Source: the human T2T-CHM13v2.0 reference genome, Homo sapiens. From it: a stretch of 64,000 nucleotides of DNA. This document shows, one piece after another, positions 12,191 through 26,600 of this stretch (its first letter is position 1; every line of letters begins with the position of its first letter). Below the pieces are notes generated by a model. That model was not told the origin of the DNA. It ran no database searches and saw only the letters and a program-made list of their open reading frames with translations. A program made the translations under genes and the position numbers. The stretch lies in the NCBI RefSeq assembly GCF_009914755.1, contig NC_060933.1. The stretch is one strand, 5' to 3'.

Positions 12191-12877
12191 TATACTACCC
12201 ATTAAAGACTGCCAAATTCCATGTAATAGATTTTCCTCAGACAATTTCTGCTTCCCACTGGTGTGGCAGGTGCCCCAACCTCAGAATCGTCGCCCTGGTT
12301 TTACCACTTGGAGCTGTTGTAGACTAATTCACTGAGGGAGAGAAAAATTGGATTCCTTCAGGCTAATCCCTTCATGGAAATTAAAACTTGGCACTCAGAA
12401 AGAGGATTTATATTTTTCTACCAGCTTCAAGGTTCACTACCAAAGGGATTTCCCTCTCCTTCCTTCATTTTCCTCAAAATCTCTAGCCTTGTCTGTCACT
12501 TATTTCTGTTTCATAAGTAGCATGAGACAAAGGGCCAGTGACAAGTTTTTCCTTCCCTGCTCATCCTCCTAGAGCTACAGAGTCCACACAGGGAGGCAGA
12601 GAGAGAGAACCCAAACACGCACAGACCTACCAACCAATCTCCACTCACCACATCTGCCTCCAGGCCATTTATTTCATTATAGCACAGGATGCTCAAGAGA
12701 ACTCAGGGAGGGGGACAATTTCATTTTTCCTACACTTTGGAAATTAAAATTATTTCCAAAAAATAATGTGCTTTGTTCTTCAAGAAAGCTGAGGAGAAGA
12801 GAAAAGAGGTCAAAGGAGTAAGAGGTAAAAAAATGAGAGGCAGAAAGGGAGTGAGGGAGAGAGAGATAATAGACATA

Positions 12878-13180
12878 TAGCAGTGGCTCACACCTATAAT
12901 CCCAGCACTTTGGGAGGTCAACAATGCAGGAGGATTGCTTGAAACCAGGAGTTTTAGACCAGCCTGGGCAACATAGTGAGACCCTGTCCCTACAAAAATG
13001 TTTCGAAAATTAGCCAGGTGTGGTGGCAGGCACCTGTGGTCCTAGCTACTCAGGAGGCTGAGGTGGGAGGATTGCTTGAGTCCAGGAGATGGAGGTTGCA
13101 TTGAGCTTTGATTGTGCCACTACACTTCAGCCTGGGTAACAGAGTGATAGCCTGTCTAAAAAAAAAAAAAAAAAAAAAGA
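12878..13180 (+). mobile_element. AluJ
   Basis: Dimer with ggaggattgcttga in both arms; A tail. Confidence 0.92.
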
Positions 13181-13185
13181 AAGAC

Positions 13186-13280
13186 ATATATATATATGTA
13201 TGTGCATGCATATATATGTATATATGTGCATACGTATGTATATGTGTATGTATGTATGTGTGTGCATGTGTGTGTGTATG
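13186..13280. repeat. Compound (TA)/(TG)/(TATG) microsatellite
   Basis: Alternating purine-pyrimidine tract after the Alu tail. Confidence 0.9.
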
Positions 13281-13584
13281 CAGGAAATAGAAAGAAGAGA
13301 GTAGCAATGAGATTGGCTCTGTGTCTTCATTATATCAGCAACCGTTTGATTTTTTTTTAATTTTAATTGGTACTACTTTGTCAATCACCCACATTTGGAG
13401 TGTTTTATGGAATCCCTTCCTTGAACTCCCACTCATACCCCTAGAAAAGCCTCTAACTCAATGGTTCCCACGAGTCTAGTTTATATCTGTGGTTCTTCTT
13501 GAAATGACATGGGGTAGTGGGAAGGAGGAACTTTCTAGTTCAACTAACTTGGGTTCAAAAATACAGCCCTAGCCCAGCCCATTG

Positions 13585-14360
13585 TTTTCATTCAACTAAT
13601 ACTTATTGATAACCATATGTGTGCCAAGCACTGTTCTAGGCAACTGAGTTACAGTGAACAAACTTCCCTGCCTTCATAAACCTTCCATTGTAGAGGAATA
13701 AATAGAAAGAGGAATATATAATATTTTACTGATAAGTACAATGGAGGAAAATCAATCATAGGAGGAGGATAAGGAGTAACAATACTGGAGTGAGGCACGA
13801 TGTTCAATAAAATGACTGGGGTGGGCCTCACTGTGAAGGATGACACTGGAGCAAAGCCTTTCAGGAGGTGAGGACTGAACCCCACAGGTATCCTGGGGAA
13901 GAGCAAACACCAAGTGCAAATGTCCTGGAGTAGGAGCACTCCTGGCATGTGAGGAGGCCACTGAAGGAATGAGGAACAGCAAAGAGGAAGGTGTAACAGA
14001 TTGTAGGTCATGCTGCAGTGGTAGAGTTATTGAAGTTCAGACACTAGAGGGAGTGAACTGGAAAGAAAGATATCAAAAAGTGGGATGTATGAAATTGACT
14101 TTATGGAATGATTGCCATTCCCATGCATAATTTAGAGTAATGGTAGTAAGTGCCTGAAGTAGGATAGAACAAAAAATGACACGTGGTGAGAAGGTGAAGG
14201 TTATTGGAAGTCTCACTGATGTAGGTATTAAAGTACCTAGAGTAATGGCAGTGAGTGTCTGAAGTACGATAGAAGAAAACTACAGATGGTGAGAAGGTGA
14301 AGGGTATTGGAAGTCTAACTAATGTAGGTATTAAAGTACCTGAGAATTAGAGAATGGTGT
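13585..14360 (-). mobile_element. L2 fragment
   Basis: ttcattcaac...tatgtgtgccaagcactgttctagg...cagtgaacaaa L2 3' end on minus strand. Confidence 0.7.
14133..14340. repeat. Diverged ~105-bp tandem duplication
   Basis: Copies 14133-14237 and 14238-14340, both tagagtaatgg...gtaggtattaaagtacc. Confidence 0.9.
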
Positions 14361-14365
14361 TGGAG

Positions 14366-15057
14366 TATAATCGCCCAATGGGTTCATTTTGCCCACTGCC
14401 CAGATAGAGCCGATTTATCAAGGGCACTGCTATAGAGAAAGTTTAATACACATAGAACCCCTAAACAGAAGACCAGAGTTTTATTATTACTCAAATTGCC
14501 TCCTTAAAAATTCAGAGGCTAAGGTTTTTTTAAGGATAGTTTGGCAGGCAAGGGTCCAGGGAATGGGTGCTCCTGACTGATCGGAGATATAATCATAGGG
14601 GTGTGGAAAATGGCCCTCATGTGCTGAGTCTGCTTCTGGGTGGGGTGGAGCCATCTGGTCATCAGAAACACAAAAGCCTAAAAAGACATCTTAAAAGGTC
14701 AACCTTAGGTTCTACAATAATGTTATTTATATGAGTAATTGGGGAAGTGGCAAATCTCGTGACCCCCAGAACAATGGCTAGTTATTGGTTAACTATGCTT
14801 ACATTTTAGCAGAATTCAGACCCCTCTCATCCTCCTAACCTGATGACCTTTCACTAGTTTTACAAAGGTAGTTTAGTTTTGGGAAGGGCTATTATCATTT
14901 AAAGTATAAACTAAGTTTCTCCCAAAGTTAGCTTGGCTCACACTCAGGAATGACCAAGGACAGCTTAGAGTTTAAAGGCAAGATGGAATTGGTTAGATTA
15001 GATCTATTTCACTGTCATAATTGTCGCACTGTTATAATTTTTGCAAAAGTGGTTTCA
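14366..15057 (-). mobile_element. LTR8A-like ERV1 solo LTR
   Basis: Minus strand starts TGAAACCACTTTTGCAAAA; perfect 4-bp TSD GGAG. Confidence 0.85.
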
Positions 15058-15654
15058 GGAGAGGGTGACAATGAGCCAGGTCCTACTCTTCAAGGAATTA
15101 GAGGGAGGGTCTGGAGAGCAGTAGTTGATTGTGATAAGAAGGGGGAGGGGGTCTGTGACTTGCAGTTCAAGCTTGGTTTGGAGCAGTTAGTGAAGAAGGA
15201 GGCAGGTGGTCTGAATGCAGCAATAAGGAGCTAGGAGGACACCTACCTTACACCAGGCCCTGTAGGTAAGGGTCATTGGATAGAAGGCAGCCACCACTTG
15301 AGAGAACTGCAGGGAAACAGGGTTCTCAAGGGAGAACCAGGTATCAGTTAGGTCAATCTAATTGGGAGCACCTGGAGCTTAGGTTTCCTGTTGGCCCTGG
15401 AGGAAGGAAGACCTCACAGGGGTATTCTGAACTCTACTTAGTTCCTGCCACATCTAACTCTTTGTCCTTGGGCAAGTTATTTGACCTTACTGAGCCAGTT
15501 TTATAATCCATAAAGTGACTCAATGAGACCTATCTCACAGGATTGTGGTGAGGCTTAAAACTGGACAACATCCAGAAAGCATCTATAAAAAGATACAGTC
15601 CAGCAGATGGTAGGTGCTCACCACTGTCAGGCCCACAGCCTATGGCTCAGGTTA

Positions 15655-15842
15655 CACAGGTCTGAGTTCAAATTCTGACTCTGCCCCTTACTATTACTGT
15701 GTGACCTGGAGCTAGTTATCTAACTTCTCTGAGTCTTACTTTTCTTGTATAAAAGATTGGAAGACTTATACCAGGCACAAAGGATGCTTGTAAGGAATAA
15801 ATGGAAGAATAACATAATGAGCTATTAAATTTTGCCACCTTC
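15655..15842 (+). repeat. MIR-derived segment, copy 1 of a dispersed 188-bp duplication
   Basis: Matches 19209-19397 with 9 substitutions and 1 indel by manual alignment. Confidence 0.93.
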
Positions 15843-17056
15843 TCCTTGCTAGAAGAAACTCCAAAGCATAAAAAAGTAGTTTTCTCCTTCCTACCCCTAG
15901 CGATTTTTAAAGTGAATCAGCAGGCCTCCGTGGTGTGGGCTCTCTTGTCCCAGGAAAAGTAAGGAGCTTCTTTAAGAAGTTTCAGAACTGCTACTAAGGC
16001 CTACAATACATTAAGGGGTTAGGCAAGATCATGCTGAACTGGAAGGTAACAGAGGCTAGAGTTTGGAGTTGACAGGGGACTACGGGTAGCCCAAACCCAG
16101 GAAAAGACAGGTGAATTCCCTAACATGGGGAAAAAAGGAGGCTTGGTTCTGCCAAAAAGTGGCAGAAAGCTATCTGGCATTCTAAGGCAGACTCGGGGAT
16201 GTGCCGGGCTGCTACTGGGATAGTACATTCCAAGTCTTCACTTCTCTTCCAGCCCCATCACATTGATGGGTGTTTCTGCAGCCTGGAAGTCAAGGGCACC
16301 ACAGCGTTATGTAGAGCAAACATGTTGCAATTTTTATCCCCGTCTTGTTCTTGGCTCAGAGCATAGCAGGCCACCTGCTCAAGACGCAGTCAGATAGCTA
16401 TTGTGTCAAGGTCACCCTCCACACAGGTGTCCCTGGAGGTCACCTCACTCTTCAGTACAGGGGTCTGGCAGCTGCTTAGGGTGCAGCTGCCTTGCCAGAC
16501 ATTTTAGGTGGCTAGGATGAAGTCATCTGAATTCAGTGCCTTCTGCTTCTGTTTGCTCTCAATGCAGCTTCCAAATTTCAAACTCTTTCTACTCACTCCT
16601 TGGTGACTTAAGGCCAATCATTTAGGTAAAAATTTGCCTAGGGCTTCTCTTCTGTTAAATGGAAATAATTTCTATTTCATAGGATTTTTGTGACTCATGA
16701 ACAACAGAAACTCTGCAAATGGGTGTCGCAATTAGGTGCTAAATGAATGGCAGCAGTAATAATATAGTAGAACTAGTAGTACTAGCAGTAATAATAATAC
16801 TACTAAGATACTAAGACAACAGATACAGTGACCAGAGGCTGGCCCAGCTTTTCACCAGTCCCAAATGTAGGCAGCAAAAATAGGAGAAGGCACATTGGCC
16901 CAGCAGTCCTGAAAACATAGTTCTGTTCATGGCTTTGCCACAGACTGCCCTGGTAATGTTGGTTAACCCCTCAAGTCTCTGCCTTTGTTTCTGTATATGT
17001 CAAGTGGAGATGGTCCCTTCCACTTTAGAAAAAAAAGTTGCAGCTGGAAATGATAC

Positions 17057-17622
17057 TGTTAGGCTGGGAGAGATCCCCAAACTCCAGAGCACTTCAACCC
17101 CAGCCAGTGTCCAGGCTCTTGACGCTATCGTGAGAAGGAATTCAAGGATGAGTCAGAAAATAGTGAAAGCATGGAGATATACTGCGAAGCAAAACGTACA
17201 CACTCAGGGGAGTGCAGGCCTACTCAAGAGTCACACGCAACGGGGTTTGGGGCTGCTACCCTTATGGGTTTCTTTAACCAAGGGGTGGAACATTCATGAA
17301 AATTCCTGGAAAAAGGTGGAAATTTCTCAGAACGGCAGTGCCACCCATTTTTATACCAAATATGGGTCTTCCCGGAACTTTCATGGCACTGGTGGACTTA
17401 GTGTTTTAATGCACATATAATGAGTTCCTAGGAGAAACCCAGGTAAAATCCAGCTCCATGTTGGGTCCAGTTGGTCTTAGCCAGCTTGGTCCACATGCTG
17501 GTTTTTTAAGGTCTTAGTCCTTGGCTTCTGTAGCTATTTCAAGTTTCCTTTTGCTGGTCATGTGAAACTGCTGCCTGGAATTTTCTATTCTACTGCAACT
17601 ATACTATATTATTCCTGTCTCA
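17057..17622 (-). mobile_element. ERV1 solo LTR (MER66-like)
   Basis: Minus strand begins TGAGACAGGAATAATA...GAATAGAAAATTCCAGGCAGCAGTTTCACATGAC; TG..CA termini. Confidence 0.7.
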
Positions 17623-17968
17623 GACGGGCCCTGTGAGAATATCTGGTCCAACCTTCTTTCCTCTGCACCCCATTTTATAGAGGGAAAAAATTGAGGCCCA
17701 GAAGGTAAAGCAGCCTACATGATTAGTGCAATGAACACGGTTTCCAAAACCATAAAAGCTTCATTTAATTTCATTTTGTTTTGTTTACTGACATGGGTTG
17801 GGAAGATAGTGGGGTAGGAGCAAAGAATCAATAAATGTGAGATTCTTTTCCCTTGAAAGGCTTTTGATATACTGGGAAAACAAGGTAAATTCATGCCAGA
17901 AAAAAGTTTTTAAAAATGAAATAAGATATGAGAATTTATCTGGAAAATGTAAAAATATATAGACAAAT

Positions 17969-19087
17969 TATGGTAGTGGAGGCCAACAGGAAACTTTCCC
18001 TTTGCCCTCTGAAGTTTCGCTGAAAAATAAACTGACAAAAGGCAGATTAATAGGAGAAATGGCACACAAATTTATTAACATGCATGGGTGAGAACCACAG
18101 AGTGATTGCCCCCATGCCCCAGTGGGGTACAGAATCTTACACACCATCTTGGGATTACAGAAGAATGGGGGCTCAGAGTATAGACAAAAACAGATGATGG
18201 TGGTAAATCGGGTTATGGTGGCAAGACAGGTTGTGGGAGAGAGAGCCAAGAGGAGACCTGGCTAGCAAAAGTGGTCTTGTTACATGGATGAAACCTCACA
18301 TTTAGCAGCCTGCAGGGAGAATAGATGGTAAATGTATCTTTCAGATATTTAAGGTGTCAGGCTCTCTGTTAATCTTTTCTAGATAAGGACAAGAGAAAGC
18401 TTCAGGGAAAGCCTGGCCGCCTCAATGCAGATTCTCTACAGATGCCAATCTCCCCGGCAAAAGATAGCTTGGCAGGGCCACTTCTGTGTGCAGGCTCTCT
18501 GAACTGCCATCTCAAAATACGTCAAAGAAGTATATTTTGGGGTGAAGTATTTTGGTCTACTTCAGGAGCCAGCCTGCAAGACGGCGCCCAGGGACTCCAC
18601 CCTTTGGTATTCACCCCCTTGTGTAGGCTCCTCCCACATTGTACCAGGGCTGGTCTGTGTGACCAATAAAAGATGGCAGAAGTGACAGTCGGTCACATCT
18701 GAGATTAGATAATAAAAGACTGCAGCTTCTTCCATCTTGGGCTGTCTCTCAAATTGCTTGCTCTAGATGAGGCCAGCTGCCACGCTGTGAGGACATTCAG
18801 GAAGCCTATGGAGAGACCCATGTGATGAGGTATGCAGTCCACAGCCTCTGAGGAGCTGAGTCCTACTAACTACCCCATGAGTGAGCTTGGAAGCAGATCC
18901 TCCAGCCCCGGGTGACCACAAGCCTGGCTGACAGCTTGACGGCAACTATAGGAGATATCCTAAGCTAGAACCACTCAGTTAAATCTTATCTGGATGCCTG
19001 GCCCATGGAAACTATGACATAATATATGTGCATTGTTATCAGATGCTAAGTTTGGGGGTTGTTATGGAGCAATAAATGACAAATACA
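17969..19087 (+). mobile_element. MLT1F-like MaLR LTR interrupted near its 5' end
   Basis: tatggtag | ccagcctgcaagacggc...ttgttatggagcaataaatgacaaataca. Confidence 0.7.
17977..18564 (-). mobile_element. MER4-group ERV1 solo LTR (LTR29/48/49-like)
   Basis: Minus strand TGAAGTAGACCAAAATACTTCACCCCAAAATATACTTCTTTGAC; TSD gtag/ggag. Confidence 0.75.
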
Positions 19088-19208
19088 AACATCATCATTC
19101 TTTATAGAGCACCTACTGTGTGCTGAGCCATGCTTCCCAAAGAATACGTAACAAAGACTTCAGCAAAAACTCTGGCTAGGGATAATGACTGCATCAGGGG
19201 TTTGAACC

Positions 19209-19397
19209 CACAGGTCTGAGTTCAAATTCTGACTCTGCCCCTTACTATTACTGTGTGACCTGGGGCTAGTTATCTAGCTTCTCTGAGTCTTAATTTTCTT
19301 CTATAAAAAGATTGGAAGACTTACACCAGGCACAAAGGATGCTTGTAAGGAATAAATGGAAGAACAATGTAATGAGCTATTAAGTTTTGCCACCTTC
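19209..19397 (+). repeat. Copy 2 of dispersed 188-bp duplication
   Basis: About 95% identical to 15655-15842. Confidence 0.93.
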
Positions 19398-19617
19398 CCT
19401 TGGGTTTGTCTCTTGGGAACCAGTGGGTGGTACACACTAACCCCTCAACTCTATCAAAGTAAAGCCATGGTTTCTTTCCAAAAGCAAGATCACAAGGCTT
19501 GTGTGTGCCTGCACGATGAGTGAGAGAGAGAGACTCATTTATATTACTTTCAGCATGGAGTAGAGATCCAAGACATGGCTGCCTTCCACATGGGCCTTTG
19601 AAGGAGGCAGGTTCTAA

Positions 19618-19979
<362 letters not shown>

Positions 19980-20768
19980 TTAGCTGCTCCCCTGGAGAAC
20001 CTGGCTGCATCTGTGAACCTAGTAGGCAGTAGCTACATCATATGTAGTGTGGCATCAAGCAAGTCAGTTGTTCATCCACAAAATGGAAATAAAATTGATT
20101 TTCTTCTCTCAAAAGAATATAGCAAAGGTCAGATGAAAAAATGCTTCACAAATTATAAAACATTGTACAAATGTTGATTATAATGAAAATAAAGTGAGAT
20201 CTTATATATAAAGTTCCTAGAACAGGGCCTGGCTGGCAGTAGAAAGTTAACAGATGGTAGGGTGTATTTCTATTGATAGACTCACCTCTGGTAAAGTGAG
20301 AGAGAAGCAAGTAAAGCAATGGCCGCAGAGATTTTCTGACTTCTGGACTGTGCCCAGAAGCCACTTCCTTCCTAGGAAGCCTCATCAATGTGCTGAAGAC
20401 CACCCCTCCTCCACTCCTCACTCCCACACTCCCACCCCCAATTAGAGGCCTCTGCAGCCATGCTGAGTATAAGCAGGATTTGGATCACAAAGCAGGGGGT
20501 AGAGGGCAAGAGATCTAGGAGGATTTGACAGCTTCCTCTCTCTAGGATCTGAGGAGGCTGAGACAGCCTAAAGGCATAGGATGTAGTGATAAGAGATAGG
20601 AAGACTAAACGGGCAGGAAGAGAAACACAAAAGCCCCTTTTATCCCTCTGCCCAGGGTTTGGGTACTGATATCAATCTCCAGCTCTGGGATTAATGGGGA
20701 AAGGCAATACACACCTGCAAACAAGTGCATTTCTCTTGCCTTTAAGATACAAACTAGATCTTGAGGTC

Positions 20769-21220
20769 TGTAATGAATTCAAATGTGTCCCTATCACCGA
20801 AAATGTTGAAGTTCTTACCCCCAGGGTGTGTAAATGTGCCCTTGTTTGGAAAGAGGGTTTTGGCAGGTGATCGAGTCACAATGAGGTCATTAGAGTGGCG
20901 CCTAATCGGATATGACTGTGTCCATATCAAATGGGAAATTTGTACACACAGACGGACACACAGACAGGCACACAGGAAGAATGCCATGTGAATATGACAG
21001 CAGAGATCAGGGTGATGCATATTTGATGATTACCTGCAAACCACCGGGAGCTAGGAGGGAGGCCTGGAACACATCCTTCCCTCACCGCCTTCAGAAGGAA
21101 CCAATCCTGCTGACACAGTGATCTTGGACTTCCAAATTCCAGAACTGGGAAATAAATTTCTGTTGTTTAAGCCATCCAGCTTGTGCTACTTTGTTACAGT
21201 GGTCCTAGCAAATGAATACA
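20769..21220 (+). mobile_element. MLT1B/C MaLR solo LTR
   Basis: TG...ACA termini; perfect 5-bp TSD AGGTC. Confidence 0.88.
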
Positions 21221-21517
21221 AGGTCACTGGATGTCGTCAGCACAAAACTGCCAGGTCAGATAGAAACAATATAGAACTCTGCATTGCCATTTACTAGCAG
21301 CATGACTTTGGGTCATGAGCTTGCCTTAATGAGCCTTGGGTATTTTACCGTCAAAAGGGAAATTCCTACAGAATTTATGGATAGTTGTTGAAAATCAAAG
21401 TAACAAATGCAAAGCTTCCCATTACAATGCCTGGCTCCTAGCACCCACTCAACAATGGCAGTGGGGTTATCATTAGCAGAGATAACATCCGAACTCAAAT
21501 TCCTTTACCCTCTAAAC

Positions 21518-22045
21518 CAGAGGTCCCCAGACCCCAGATTGCGGACTGGTACTGGTCCATGGCCTGTTACGAACTGGGCTACCCCGCAGGAGGTGAACAG
21601 GTCCGCAAAGCTTCATCTGTGTTTACAGCTGCTCCCCATCACTCACATTACTGCCTGAGCTTCTCCTCCTGTCAGATCAGCGGTGGCATTAGATTCTCCT
21701 AGGAACATGAACCCTACTGTGAACTGCACATGTGAGGGATCTAGGTTGTGCACTTCTTATGAGCATCTAACTAATGCCTAATGATCTGTCGCTGTCTCCC
21801 ATCACCTCCAGATGGACCACCTGGTTGCAGGAAAACAAACTCAGGGCTCCCACTGATTCTACATTATGCTGAGTTGTATTAATTGTTTCATTATATATTA
21901 CAATGTAATAATAATAGAAATAAAGTGCACAATAAATTGAATGTGCTTGAATCATCCTGAAACCACCCCCCGCTAGCCCCCTGGTTCATGGAAAAATTGT
22001 CTTCCATGAAACCGGTCCCTGGTGCCAAAAAGTTTGGGGACCATG
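21518..22045 (+). mobile_element. MER1A-like hAT-Charlie element
   Basis: CAGAGGTCCCCAG...TTGGGGACCATG, about 528 bp; TSD ctctaaac/ttctaaag; homologous to 1428-1772. Confidence 0.88.
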
Positions 22046-22139
22046 TTCTAAAGCACTCCAACCCTCACAGAGAAACAGAAGGACTAACTTCCTATCAGTC
22101 TGTGAGGACACCAAATGCTGTGAAGGAAAGGCTTTAGAC

Positions 22140-22622
22140 TTGGATTAGACTTCTATTGCTTCATAACAAATTGCCACAAACTTAATAGCTTAAAATACCA
22201 CCCATTTATTGTCTTACAGTTCTGTAGCTCAGAAGCCCAAGGGGACTTAGCTGGGTTCTCGGCTTAGAGTCTCACAGGCTGGGTTTCTACCTAGTGGCTC
22301 TGTGAGCAACTGCTTCCTAGTTCCTTCAAGTTGTTGGCCAAATTCAGTTCTTTGGCCAAATTCAGTTCTTTGCAGAGGTAGGACTAAGGTTACTGTCACT
22401 GCTGGCTGTGGGCCAAGGGTCAATCAGCTCCTCAATGCCACTCTCATATCATTCCACATGGCTCCCTCCATATCTGCAACAGAGGACTGCTGTCATGTCA
22501 AATCCCCCTCACACTTTGAGTCTTTCTGACTTCTTCTGCCACTAGCTGGAGAAAACTCTCTGCTCCCTTAATGGGTTTATGGGACTAGATTAAGCCTACC
22601 TGAATAATCTCCCTATGCCAAG
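22140..22622 (-). mobile_element. MLT1D/E-like MaLR LTR
   Basis: attgcttcataacaaattgccacaaacttaatagcttaaaa...tcttacagttctgtag. Confidence 0.7.
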
Positions 22623-23832
<1,210 letters not shown>

Positions 23833-24277
23833 TGATGCTTTTCCTTTCTAAACTACAAATTCTCTTAAACTCTAATATTCTATAACTCTTTCCATGATCA
23901 AATTATATTTTCTTAACTATCACCGGATGTGTGTCCTGCTTGAGGATCGCAAAGAAGTTTTTAAAAAAAGTTTCTCTCAAAGCTTTGCAATCTAAATGCA
24001 ACATTGTTTAGGCTTCAATGCAAGTTCGATCACGTGGCAGCTTAAAAAAATACTGACGTGTGAGCTAACACAAGTTAGTAGACAAATTTCTACAGGGTCC
24101 AAAACACTGTGTTATAGACACATAGGTCTGTGGGCTATGCCAGCCTGGCTCCAGACCTCAAGTCTAGGCTATGTGTCTTTAAGAGAAACGAATGGAATGC
24201 ATCTTTTTGTCTAAGTATTCCCATGTATGTATACATGTCTATGTTTAATTGTATTGGGGGTGGAGGTGGGTAGTTAG

Positions 24278-24730
24278 CGTGAAAGTTGATCATACAAACT
24301 GAGTCATTCTTAACATATCCAACTAAAACAGAGTCAAGAAGCTATCGGGAAAAAGCACTCAGGACTTACAACATTGCTCCAAAAATCTAATTCTCTGAAA
24401 GCCTAGCTGCTGAAACTACCCACTGTAACCTGAAACCCATTTTATCTAATAGCTGCTGAAACAACCTGCTGCAATTCTAAGATTAATTTTAACCACCACC
24501 ATCACTCACCAATAAAAACTTCCAAGCTCCCACTTTACTAGTGCCAATTAACTTTCTCAAAGAGCAATACATAATGTTTCTCTTTTTTATAAAACCTCCA
24601 ACATTTTTTGTTCTTCAGGCATATCAAAGACCACCTCGTCTGTAGGTATGCCCTGAATTGCAATTCTTTCTTCCCAAATAAAATGTTAAATTTGGAGATT
24701 CATCTCTACATTTTTATTTTGATGTTGATG
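24278..24730 (+). mobile_element. MER65-like ERV1 solo LTR
   Basis: gtgaaagttgatcatac...aactaaaacagagtcaagaagc; AATAAA near 3' end; TSD ttag/atag. Confidence 0.7.
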
Positions 24731-24937
24731 ATAGACGAAATTTCTCTCATTTGATAATAGTAGGAAAGTCCACAGTTGATAATTATATTCTCTGGCAAGG
24801 TCTTGGTGTACAGAGTTTATCCTGGAAAATTTTAAATCCATACAATTAAAATATATAGTACCGGGAAGAAATGTGAAAAACTTTGTAATGGGCAAAAAGA
24901 TTACTGGGTGTCCTTTCAATAGAATGCTTTTCAATGG

Positions 24938-25284
24938 TGATATGGTTTGGCTGTGTCCCCACCCAAATCTCATCTTGAATTGTAACTCCCACAATTCCCA
25001 CATGTTGTGAGAGGAAGCCGGTGAGAGGCGATTGAATTATGAGGCTGGGTCTTTCCTGTGCTGTTCTCCTGATAGTGAATGAGTCTCATGAGATCTGATG
25101 GTTTTAAAAATGGGAGTTTCCCTGCACAAGCTCTCCTATCTGCTGCCATGTGAGACGTACCTTTCCCCTTCTGCCATGATTGTGAGGCCTTCCCAGCCAC
25201 ATGGAACTTTAAGTCCACTAAAGACTTGTAAATTGCCCAGTCTCAGGTATGTCTTTATCAGTAGCGTGAAAACGGACTAATACA
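24938..25284 (+). mobile_element. THE1D-like MaLR solo LTR
   Basis: TGATATGGTTTGGCTGTGTCCCCACCCAAATCTC...AACGGACTAATACA; TSD aatgg/aatag. Confidence 0.92.
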
Positions 25285-26600
25285 AATAGAATGCTAAGTG
25301 TTTAGACAAAACTTGCAGAGTTATTTGATTCTAAAGAGGTCTGCAAATTTCATTGTCCCTCACAATTCTGCAGTGCTGTAGAAATAGAAGTTAACTTCTG
25401 GAAGTCTAATAGGATGTAAATCATTTTTGTTAATAGAAATGCAAAATTTTGTTGATAAAGATACAATGGATTATGTATGACCCTACAGATATTGACTAGA
25501 TTTTGTGTCTGTTAGCAAATTTTTATAATATTTCTGTTACAAAATGTTTCCTATGAAGAAAAAAAAGACCACCTTCTTTTTCTTTGAAGAGAAAATTTTT
25601 TTTACTTATCTTCCTTCAAAGAAAGAGAAGGGTGCCAAGAGATGTAGAACTGCATAAACAAGGGAGTCAGAGTCATTCAGGAAGAGTGGAGGTGAGTCCA
25701 AATAGAATATGTGCTAGTAGGGTGGTCCTTCACAAGTAGCTTTTTGAAGAACACAGGGTTTAAAGTTCAACACTATCAATATTATGTAGCAGAATGAAGC
25801 AATAAGGGAACATCCATCTTTTGTTTTAAAATTCCAGTCAATCTGGAATGAATAAAGCATTATTCATCACGATAGAAGCGAATCCTTATAGGGGGAAAGT
25901 TCTTTGACAGATGGTAAAGATTCAAAAATATCTATACCAAGATCTTAAAATTTTTAAGGCATGAATCGACATTTCTTCATAAATTTGGAAGTCCTTTGAT
26001 ATAAAATGTACCCAAAGTGTTAACTGGGTATATTACATGACTTATCTACAGCAAAAGAAAACTACTTGTAATTTTTTAGTTTTGAATTAATTGATATTTA
26101 ATATTCTAAGAAAGGTCTTGGATTATTTGGCCAATGGTTTGCTTAATTCAAGGTATTTTACCTTTTCTAAAATATTATTTTTAGTTTTCTCATATTTTCT
26201 AACACAGTTTCCATAATTAATAAAATGTTAACATCTCTCCTCAAAAATACTTGCATGAACATGTGTGTATGCAAGCAAGAATTCAAACAAAATTTTGAAA
26301 CAGAGTTTTCAAACAAAATTTTGAAAAAGAATTCAAACAAAATTACCAGCTCAAATTATTTTAAGAAACTTTTTAGACAGCAAATATCTTTTCATTTTGT
26401 TATTTTATTTGTAAAATTACAATGCAGTTTTCTTTAAAACAAAAACTGTTCCAGTTGTAGTACTCGTTTCTGTATTTCTGCTTAATTTTGTAACAATAGT
26501 ATACCTTTATTTTAAACTTAAAAATTTATCCACATATAATTGTTTAACTAGAAAACTAGTCAAATTATAATTAAAATGCTATACATATCAAGTTAATTGC

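Noticed and set aside
16929-17420. 163-aa ORF
   Set aside because: Runs from MIR into an antisense LTR; no recognisable domain.
22334-22369. 18-bp tandem duplication (similar ones near 34102, 41487, 55662)
   Set aside because: Ordinary slippage duplications inside old repeats; no functional indication.
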